NCBI RefSeq assembly: GCF_037042905.1
Contig: NC_087252.1
Coordinates: forward strand, 18,602,001-18,666,000
Direction of reading: 5' to 3'
Length of the DNA: 64,000 nt
From: Lytechinus pictus
Taxonomy: Eukaryota
The stretch's first letter is position 1; every line of letters starts with the position of its first letter. The notes under the pieces were generated by a model, which saw nothing but the letters and a program-made list of their open reading frames with translations, had not been told where the DNA came from and ran no database searches. The translations under genes and the position numbers were made by a program. Shown piece by piece: positions 53,590 to 64,000 of this stretch.

Positions 53590-54520
53590 GTCGCGTGCGC
53601 GTGCGAAATCGATCGGGTTTTGGATTTCGATGCGATTTTTTTTCTAACGGTGTCTTCAACGGGACATCCACGCTGGGAAAATAAAATGAAATTGAAATTC
53701 GAGTTTCGTTTTAAGCCGGCAAGTGCCTTAAATAAAATGTACTGGACTACTGTTTTAACATAACAAACAAGCGAATTTTGACTACTGTTTTTTTTTAACA
53801 AAATCACATTCTACATATTTGACCTAATTTTTGTTGAATTTTTTCTACATCCCACATCGTTATTTCCCATTTACTCCAACATGTACTTCTCTCTCTGCAC
53901 ACTCGATTTTGATCGTGAGGTTCTGAACTGAAGTTATTGGTCACAAACACACGAACTTCTAAGATTTACGGTATCCTTAAAAAAGATTCTTGTCCAAGTC
54001 GTGTTTACTTATTTTGCCGTGCTTTTTGCATTATACGCTTCGTTGTAAATATACGTCATATATGCATGATTCCTTTTAATTTCGTTTCGTATTTCTATCG
54101 TCTCTTCTCTCGATTTAGCCTCTTGACACCTAACTTGTGTATAATGTAAAAAGCTTGGCAAAAAAGTAAACACGACTTGTATCGACAAGAATCTTTTTAA
54201 GGATACCGTAGACATTAGAAGTTCGTGTGTTTGTGACACACTCGAAGAATCAAAAGTATTTTATTGTGGTCATCATTGTAAAGGGAAAGTATTGCTTATC
54301 AGAAGTATTAGAGTTTGCAGAAATCAGCTCTAAAAAATGATTTATTTTCATGCCATATTAATACCTTCAGCGGTCCTCCGGCGAGCTCCAGTATGAGTGA
54401 CGTCACACAGTGAGCAGCTGAGCTGACAGCAGCCAATTGAAGACGATCTTTCAAATCGGCTTTTTTGCTCTTAAAATTGTTTATTCGTCATAAGATTGGT
54501 CTTATTATACAGATAAAAGT
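53590..54520 (+). repeat. Fragments of the same family as the 18926-21558 palindromic element
   Basis: 53612-53771 matches 18970-19147; 54439-54518 matches 19937-20025. Confidence 0.7.
53940..54237. mobile_element. Palindromic MITE
   Basis: ~70-bp arms beginning GTCACAAACACACGAACTTCTAA and ending TTAGAAGTTCGTGTGTTTGTGAC. Confidence 0.75.
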
Positions 54521-54806
54521 TTGAAATTTCTAAACAGAAATATAAAATGCACATTAAAGTGACGTATTTTGGTAATCGATATTTAACTTAGAAAAAATGA
54601 TTATTTTCTTTTCAAGAAATATATGTGAATAAACAAAGCATTTTTTCACACAGAAATCACACTTGTGTCACATTGATATTACAACCAATACAAAGCACAA
54701 ACATTCTCCTCACGACTGAACAAAAATTGTGAAATTTCATTCCGTAGCAAAGTCAGGAACCACAAAAAACACGGCAATGTCCATCACGAAATGATTGGAA
54801 TTGCAG

Positions 54807-55252
54807 TAGACCAAGAGCTTCGGTGTCTGTTTTATTGGTTGTTCCGCTGTTTGGTTGTTCCAACTCCGTTGGCTCCACTCACCAATAACAAAGACCGAAG
54901 TTCTAACTCGATCTGTACAGGAACTCAATGGCAATATGTTTATGTATTAAGTTTGGATAACCCAGGGAAGTGGGAGTTGCGCGACAGCCGAATTAAGTCA
55001 CTGTTTTTTCCCCTGTTAGTTCATTTTTCTCGTTTTGGCGCATTTCAAGCCAAAACGGAATAATAATCTTTATTTTGGCCCAGTTCTTTTTATATATTAT
55101 GAAATAAAGACAAAAATCGATGAGCCCCATGGGGGGATTTTGCATTGTTTACCCCCTAATGGCGGTTGCACAATCGCGATCCGCCTGTGTACGAGGAGAA
55201 AAAAAATCAGAATGTTAAAAACACCTCGAAACAGACGGCTGTCAGCTGTCTA
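54807..55252. mobile_element. Short TAGAC..GTCTA element with 9-bp TSD, copy 2
   Basis: Perfect TSD GAATTGCAG; colinear with 19491-19920. Confidence 0.88.
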
Positions 55253-57217
55253 GAATTGCAGTAGAATTGCCGAAGCAGTTTGATTAGGCAACAGCGCCTT
55301 ACGGACTTTGTGTGATGTACCTTAAAAACCCTGAAGAGGATACCAAACGGTCTGTGGCAAAAGCTGTAAGATCATATGTTTTGATGTGTGCGGGGACCCT
55401 ATGTCGATTTAAAAAAAATTATATTCCTTTCCCGTTCCTACCCAGCTTTATTCTCTTTTCATTTCCATGTGAAATTCTATTCAGACCTGTATTCGAATCT
55501 TACTTCGTAATTACTGCTTTTGATTTTTAAGTTATTGATTACACCCCGGATTACACTTATTTGGGCAGGGATATGGGAGGGGAGAGGATGAGTTACATGT
55601 ACATGTCAAGTCCACATCAAATAAAATGTATTTGAATAGAGTAATTTAGTTTTTTTATACACAAAACAATGATGTGCAAATTAGAGTTGATTATGTCACT
55701 CACATCACATTCCTTTCTAATTTTTTTTCCCATTTTATTATAATAATTTTTTTTTCAGATTTGATAAGAGGAAACTTTTCATCGGATCACAATAGGTTAC
55801 ATCTATGGTAACTCCAAATGTTATTTGGAGGAATAAAAATTCCTGAAAAAATTGGTTAAAGAAAATAATTACAAAATTAAAATATTCAATATACATGTCA
55901 TGTATATGTATCAAACAACAAAATACAAAAGAAATACATGTAAATGTGTGTGACATAATCGGTTAGTTTAATTTGCACATCGACAGAGATGAGCATATCA
56001 TCCTTTTGTAAAATTAAGCAAATTTTCTCAATGTTAAAATGGTTATTTATAAAATTTAAATAAAAGTTTTTATCAAATTTCCGCAATATTTTTTTTTTTT
56101 AATCTAAATTATTTTTTGGGTTGGGTGGACTTCTCCTTTACTCTTACATGGAATTCAAGGAATGCATAGCAATATTTATCCAGAAACAAATTTGTCTTAA
56201 ACTATGAATATCAGTAAGTGGACACATGTTCACTTTCCTTTCATCCAGGCATCTCTCGCACTTTCACCAGGCTTACAGTCTTATAAAAAATGATGAATTA
56301 GTTATGATACCATCACACAACTGCACACAACATTCACAGTGCTTCATAATAAATAGTTCACTTCTGTTCATACATGCAAAAAATATTGTGGAAAACAAAA
56401 ATAAGGCGTACCCATATTCAAATACCATTTAAAAGGACAAATATATTTATCTTTCGAGAAAAAATTGTGACGATATATACATGATACTTAGATAGATAGA
56501 TACATTTTATTTTCACACGGTAAAAAACCCAAACAGATACAGAGTCTGATTTGCATTGGGGCAGTGCCATGAATAAAATGTACAAAGTAAAGGCATCCAA
56601 TCTTAGTATACATGAATAACACATAAAACATTATAATAGTAATTATTACCTTAATACCAAGTGATAATACAAAGAAGGTTAGTTTATACAAATAATTATG
56701 AATTATAATATAATGATAAGTTGAAAATACACAGAATGCATTCAATATGAATGCATAATACAGAAAATATAATATTATTATAGGTTGAAATATTATTCAG
56801 ATACATAATTATAAATGAATTAATTTGAATTACTGATAAAAAAAACTTTGTATAACAACACTGCACACTCACCCTTACACACAAACAGATACACACACAC
56901 CATACACCCTTCCAAACACCCGTCATCATTAAGTCTCATCCCTGTGATATAATGCATACAGGTATAATGGGTAAAAAATCATGTAAAACATAAAAAAAAG
57001 TCCCACTTAGGCGAGTTACCCCTCCGCCCACCAACCTATCCCTTTGTCATGTTTGTGATATTTCCTTAAATTAGCTAAAGCCCTTTTGAAACTTGTAGTG
57101 GTATTACATTGTTGCATTTGAATTGGTAGTGAGTTCCAGCATTGAGCCCCCCTGAACGAAAAAGTTTTCTTACCAGATGCGGTTTTTGCTTGGGGGATAT
57201 TTAAAGTTAGTGGAAAT

Positions 57218-57364
57218 GGGGTCCGTTGCAGAAAGAGTTGCGTTTAAACGCAAGTCAAAAAATCAATCGCAAGTCCCAAATGCGCGCTGTTGATTGGTTG
57301 AAAATCAAGTTGCGCATGATTTTTAGAGTTGCGATTGATTGCAACTCTTTCTGCAACGGGCCCC
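57218..57364. mobile_element. Small MITE inserted in the LINE
   Basis: TIR GGGGTCCGTTGCAGAAAGAGTTGC / GCAACTCTTTCTGCAACGGGCCCC. Confidence 0.8.
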
Positions 57365-58364
57365 TGACCGTGTATTATATGTATGCCTATAAAATTAAAA
57401 TCTTTCAATTAAATATGTCGGTGCCTGTCCTGTTATTATATTAAACATCATTATAGCAATGTTGTCACTTCTGTTTTCTGCGTTACCCATTTTTATTTAT
57501 TTAAATTTTCTTTGGAAGATGAATACCATGGAGATCGATTTATTATTCAGGCAGCCCTATTTTGTAGCTTTTGAAGAACTTTCTGATCAATCTACCCGCA
57601 GTTACCCCATACAGCATCACAATAGTTAAAATGTGACATTATCAGGGAATTATAAACAATGATCAGATCATTTTCGTCGACGAAGTTCTTTATAGACTTT
57701 AACATGAATAAAGCACAATTTACTTTCTTCTGAACAAAATTAATATGGTTTTGCCATGTTAAATTAGTATTAAGAATAACACCTAAACACATGTAGTTAC
57801 ATTCATCTACCTTACGCAATGGATTGTTATCAATAATGCAGTAATGCAGTCACGATGGCATTTTCCCACATTTCAGGAACTTCACCGAATATAAAAGACA
57901 AGTTTATTATATGTGTTAAGGGCTGAGTAATATATTCGGCAACTAATTTGATCAATTTAGCGGGTAACAAATCGCGCCCCATAGCTTTATCATTTGGTAA
58001 ATTCAAGATATACCTATACACCTCACTTTCATTTACCAGTGTAAAATGAAACTGTGTATTTTGAGGCAAACAATGGAAAAAATACGTAAGATCGGAATTA
58101 ACTGTGGGCTCTATAATTGAATTTGCTAACTGGGGTCCTATATTAACAAAATGTTCATTTAATCTTTCGGCAATCAGAATAGGATCATGAATATCAATAT
58201 CATCAAAACGGTATTTCATTTTATTTATTGTTTCTATTCAATAGCATATTAAGATTTTTCTATGTTTCTTTTACATCGCCTTTCGAAGTCTTTATTTTTG
58301 TTTGAAAGTAATTCTTTTTCTTTTACTTCAGTTTTGTTGTTACAAAATTCCTCATTTTCTTATA

Positions 58365-59372
58365 CAGCGCGTCCCCCCAAAAATGTCCCTCTGATATGAG
58401 TCTGAATTACTTCCAAACTTGAAAATTATTCTCAATTAAATGTGTGGATATAGGAAGCTCATCTCATGTTCTAACCTCTATAAAAATGTCTTTGGTCTCG
58501 CTTCAGTGGTTTTGAATACACAGTTTATAATGTATCGGCAGTGCTTTTCAGCCCATTGCAAGTTTATATGCATGCAGCACTGCTGTGCGTTCTGCACTTT
58601 CCAGCATATCAACACAACCCCCTTTGACCATTCTGACCAAGGAATTCCCTGATCTGACCGGGGAAATCTCCATGATCTACCCAGGCTCATCAAATCACAA
58701 TCTTGAGCATGTTCAGAAGGGCAACAACAGTGTTTGACAGTTAATTTCATGTTTGATAATGAGAGATGCACAATGATGGAGACAACAGGTCATGTCTGTT
58801 TCAAGCTTAATTCAAAGAATATTGCATTTCTGTTTTCATTACCATTCTTTTTTTAATTGATAAGCTACTGACGTCAAGTTAATTATATGTACAATTGTAC
58901 ATGTACCCTTTCAAATCCCCTCCCCTCCATTGTTCACCTTATTTTACTCTTCCATCATTCATAATTTCTTTCAAGTTGATGCACTGATTCCCCTTAATCA
59001 TGTTAATCATCAAACAAACTTCATTTTTGAAATTTCTTGTCCTTCTGAACATGCCAAAGTTTAATATTTGAGGAGTCTGGATAGGATTAGGGGAAGTGTA
59101 AATGCTCAGGTCCTGGGTGTAAGAATGGGGGTTAACATGCCATAGACAATGCAGAAATACATCAATGCTGCAAACTTGGAATGGGCAAAAATGCACCGCT
59201 GTTACGTAGCAAAGTGTATATTCAAAACCGCTGAAGCAAGACCAATGAAATTTTCATAGAAGTTAGATTATAAAATGAGCTATCTACTCCTGTACTTTTA
59301 ATTGAGAATACTACCACATTTTTGGAATTAATTCGACCCTCTGTCAGAGGGACATTTTTTTGGGACGCGCTA
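58365..59372. mobile_element. Tc1/mariner-like MITE with ~200-bp imperfect TIRs
   Basis: TA|CAGCGCGTCCCCCCAAAAATGTCCCTCTGA and TCAGAGGGACATTTTTTTGGGACGCGCTA; interrupts the LINE ORF2. Confidence 0.75.
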
Positions 59373-59524
59373 TGCTTTCCAATCTTCATCCTGATTATCA
59401 TTAACTGCTTTTCTTTTCATGCTGTCTCTTTTACGAATCATTGCCAGAATATCTGCATCAATCCATGGCAGGCTGTCCCTTTTTATCTTCTTTTTTCTTA
59501 ATGGGGCAAATTTATTACACGATA

Positions 59525-62500
59525 ACGAAAAAGATAAAAATAAATGAGTTCAATGTCTTTATTAAAAAAAGCTAGCAAATCTGCCTCATTTGCATATTAT
59601 GCAAATAAGTATCCTTATATTAAAATGTCAAGAGATTTTGATTTTTCTTGATGAATAAAAAAGTTCAATGTTTTTATTAAAAAAAAGATAGCAAGTCTGC
59701 CTCATTTGCATATTAAGCAAATAAGTATCCTTTTATGAAAATGTCAAGAAATTTTGATTTTTATCACATTGACTGCAGTAAAAACATTTCAGTTTTTTAA
59801 ATTAATATGCTGCTATCACTAAGCATTCAAATCTATCCTAATATGATTTATATTCAAGGAAAAATACTGGAAATATGTTCTTCGCTTCCTAAGCCGCTTT
59901 GTTAGTCTGACAAGATGATGGGATTGTCAAAAACAAAGCACAGTATTTGAATTGGTGCGTAGTTTATTAAAGCTGACAACTCTTTCTTATATGGATGGAA
60001 ACGACTTAGACTTTCTTAAAATTTCACCGTATAAAGGAAGGCTAGGAAAATCAAACTTATGGCAGGAAAGATCTGATGAGTAGTCTCATTAAGAAGTGTA
60101 GCAGAGATTCCGTCTGGCCTGGTAGCTTCATGCAGATAGTTTTCTTTAACAATTTCTTCAATAGTCTGGCTACAAGCGCTTGACTAAACAATATCTTATC
60201 TGGCCATATCTGGGTCAGGACTGGATCCCAGGACTTGTAGATCAGCGTCACCATCATCATGATCAGTGGTGAATACTAAGACTAAAAATCTTTGCCTTCC
60301 TTTAATAATGATATTGCAATGTAGTCATAGCTATTGATATTAAGGGCTCCCAACATGCTAATTGTTACAGCCTGGATCATTGTCAATCCGATCAACAAAT
60401 TATGTATAATAGGCTTGTCTACAAACCCTCTTATGGTCCTCTTTAATGCATTGTAGCAATTCTGAGCTTTACCTTACTGATGCATTTGGAGCTCTAATAT
60501 GCGCAAGCCTTCCTAGCCTTTCTCTAAAACTCTTGACATCTTCCGACACAACTTATGTCCATCGTCTCATTGAGGCAACTTGTGTCGGAAGAAGACATGG
60601 GTAACGGTGTGTTCTTGTTAAAGTCCTCTTGATTGGCATTCAGTCTCCTATGCTCGACTTGTCGGATTTAAGTACAGATAGTTGTACGATTGTCCAAAGT
60701 ACATCTGCATGACACTATTAACGTCAGCATTCCTCCAGAAGAACATCATTAGGCGTACCATAATTACTAAAAGGTTTATTCCTCTGTATACCCTCACAGT
60801 ATACCCATGGGTAACAAATTGTGGGAAATAAATCATGGAAGTGGTACACACTGTCTAATCAATGTTGGATGGTATTTGATGGTGATGTTAAGGGTGTTCC
60901 ATTATGTTGTGTCCTCTTGTTGGAAAGGCAATTATCTGGCTTAGTCCTTCATCTGGTTTGTTCATTGTCTCACTGAGGAATTTATGTTTACCATGAATAT
61001 CAGGAAATTAATATCATTATTTGCATACGATTTACTTAGAAACTATAGCTATAATATTTGGAGATGTTGCCATAGGAGATTTATCAAAGAGGAAAGAACA
61101 GAAAATTGATGCTTCATCATGAAGCAGCAACTGGATTCAGCAAGAACATTTAACATGTCTAATCACGATTCTTGTATCTGAGATAGATGTCTATAAATAA
61201 TGCACTTTAAGCCTTCATCATGAATTTATGAGTGGCTTTCATGTCGGTCGTATAGGCAAATTCCCATTGTTACTCTTATTAACCATGCCCAGAGATCTTG
61301 TGATCCAAGCAAGTACTCATATTAACCACCAAGACAAGTGGTGTTTCTACAAGGACCAAATATTCGAAGCTAATGGGCTTTTTTTGTACTGGGTGTGACA
61401 TCTTGTGCTGATCACTTGGCAATCCAGGAGCTTGCTAGCGTGGACTATACTCGCAAGAAACGCAGTCTCTACATAGTCAAGAAGAGAGCAAGACTTGGTT
61501 GGAAATAATGAAGCATTCAAGCAGTGGGATCCATGTAGAATGGATTCATCATTTTACAATATGAGTGGGGTAACTGCTCATGAAAAAAGTCAATATCAAC
61601 CAAGCAATAAGTGTAGGGAAGGTCATCATGGTTAATACACATAATCTACATGGGATTTTAGAGGAAAGTATCACCTGTGTTTCCTTGAATATTTATAACA
61701 TGTCGGATGCTTATTTGCATAATATGTAAATTACACTTCAGATATTAAGCTTATTATTAATGTATTGGCCATTCTTAGTGATCACATCATATTGATCTAG
61801 ACTGAAATATTTTCATTACTGTTTTTGTGAGAAAAATCAAAATTTCTGGATATGGAAATGAGGTAGATTTATTTACGATATTTCATTTAAAAAATAGATA
61901 AATTTGTAAAACTTATCGTTTGTTTCAGTTCAATTCATATTGTTTTCTGCACTTGATTTCCAATATTTGGATTATTTTACTTAATTGTAATTCATTATGG
62001 CTAATTTGAATAAAATGCAAATTCTGTGATTTTCCTATATGCTTGTATATTTATGGACTTTGATATGGTGTTTAGGAAACCTTCCTGCAAGGTATTACCA
62101 TATTCCAATTTCAATAGATAATCTACTTGTAATTTTTCAGGGATGTATCACCAGTGTTTTTTCTTGAATATTTATGATATGTTAGATACTTTTATTTGCT
62201 TAATATGCAAATACACTACAGACACTAAGCTGAATACAAATGTATTCAACGTCCTTAGTAATAGCAGCATGTAAATTTCAACATTAATGAAATTTTCAAG
62301 CAGTTAATGAGAGAAAATCACAAAACCTTGACCTTTTTTCCATATAAGGATGCGTATTTGCATATTATGCAAATGAGGTAGATTTGTTTGCACTTTTGAC
62401 AAAAAACATTGAGTACAGTTATTTATCGTAAATTTTCGTTCAAATTAAATTGTTTTGGACACTCAATTTGTAATCTTTGGGCTATTTTTCTAATCTTTTA

Positions 62501-62640
62501 TGGCTAATTTGCATAATTAAATTTCAACTGCTTGGATTTCTTGGGACTTTTAGTATGTTGTTTAGGGGACCTTCCTGGAAAGCATTGCAGTGGAATATCT
62601 CGTGTTGCAATTAGTGGTGGGTCAAGCCCTATATTGACTG
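59525..62640 (+). mobile_element. Decayed Academ-like DNA transposon inserted in the LINE
   Basis: Inverted subterminal ATTTGCATATTATGCAAAT blocks; ordered relic motifs HEAAT (~61118), SEIDV (~61177), TGCD (~61388), LGWK (~61495). Confidence 0.45.
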
Positions 62641-64000
62641 GACTAATTAGTCTATTTGAATAGCAGCTGGGAGGGGAAGCTAATAGATCACAATTTAAGT
62701 CTCCTATTAGGATAATATTCTTAGATTCATCATCCAACTTGGATAACACGTTTTTAATAACATCAAACAAATACATGCTAGAGCCAGGTGGGTGATACCA
62801 GGCTAGTATAATCATCGCAGCAGACTTTGGTTGTCTCACTTCAACAGCAATCATTTCAAGGTCTTCTGACATTAAATCAGATCTTAATGTATGTTCGAGG
62901 CGTTTTTCATTTATATATACAAGTATGCCTCCACCCTGCCTATTTATGTCTTTTCTATATACCATGTAACCATTAATATGTATTTGTTTGTTATCAATCG
63001 TGTCACACAAACGGGTCTCATTCAGTCCCAAGACATCAAAATTATGTTCATTTACAAAAAATTTCACTTGATCTAGGTTTGGATATAGAGTCCTGACATT
63101 AGGATGGGCAATGCTAATTCCAGGCTTTTTTTTTAAATTAAAGACGATGCTTTGGGAAATTTAGTAGCAAATATATTATTAGAAATGTCAAACCTTGGGT
63201 CAGTAGCCGTTGTAACTTCTGACATCAAATCGTCTTGTGTAGATGAGCGTAAAGAAGATAAATTGGGACTGATAGAGCAATGTTCCATTTCATTATGTTC
63301 AGTTACAATAGCAGTTTGTTGAATATTTGATTTAGTTATTTTGTTGTTTGAAATAACATGAACAGGACAGTCAGAATCATAAATGTGATTTTTTTAACCA
63401 CGGGAAACACAGTCAGGGGCCGAGAGATCGGCACTCTCTTTTTGGCCACGCCATTAATACATGTAGTTGTTTAAGAAGTCACAGTATTTTGCTTTGTGGC
63501 CCAATCTTTTACAGTTATGACATTTTATGGCATCGTCGTAGCGGCATTTTTGCTGTGTGTGGTTCATCTCTCTTCAGTTATAACAGCCTCTTAACCTTCA
63601 GCAATCAGCACGTTAGATAACTGATGACAGACTTGCTAACGAAATAGTATTATGGGGCATTGCAAGAAACTTATGTTCAATTGCAAATCAAGCGCGAGTC
63701 TCAAATTCGTATTCAAGCGTAATGAGGTCGAGTTGGAATTGTAATCCAACTATATGTTTGCGTTTTATCAAAGGACTTACCCTTGATTTGGGACGTGTGA
63801 TTGAGAAGAAAATTTCTCGCAATGCCCTATAGTAAAATGAAAGTTGTTCTTACGTAAATTGGTTATTAGTGTACACAATGTCGATTTACTACAGAGTCAT
63901 GTAAGATGTCGATGAAAATCACTTTGATATATATACTATAATGGTAATAGTTTTCAGGCAAAGTAAATCTAAATTTGATAACTGAAACATAAATATTATT

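Larger units (their letters stand above)
56170..64000 (-). mobile_element. Fragmented CR1/L2-group LINE related to the 31.6-36.4 kb element
   Basis: CCHC knuckles at 63460-63590; endonuclease (LNETRL, WYHPP, GDLNCD) 62640-63110; LPWID near 59465; NEHFVNIGP at 57830-58219; LGVILNTNLTW..YCDAVWGNC at 57592-57819; split by three insertions. Confidence 0.85.

Overview
AT-rich eukaryotic genomic DNA, very dense in transposons. The repeat families suggest a marine invertebrate, probably a sea urchin (inference). One host gene is supported on the + strand: a signal-peptide exon (CDS 14529-14586) behind a TATA/Inr promoter, spliced in phase 1 to an Ig V-set exon (29451-29831), with a possible short terminal exon. 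Mobile DNA makes up the rest: an apparently intact, intron-containing Buster/SPIN-type hAT transposon (43309-46445); a nearly intact CR1/L2-group LINE (~31603-36397) whose ORF2 follows the ORF1 stop in frame without an AUG; a diverged, fragmented relative of it on the - strand; a non-autonomous Gypsy-like LTR element; an Academ-like transposase relic; SINEs; many MITEs; and a ~7 kb palindrome-within-palindrome nest. Most short ORFs in the track are spurious. All calls are by eye, without database searches, and boundaries marked approximate could be off by tens of bases.
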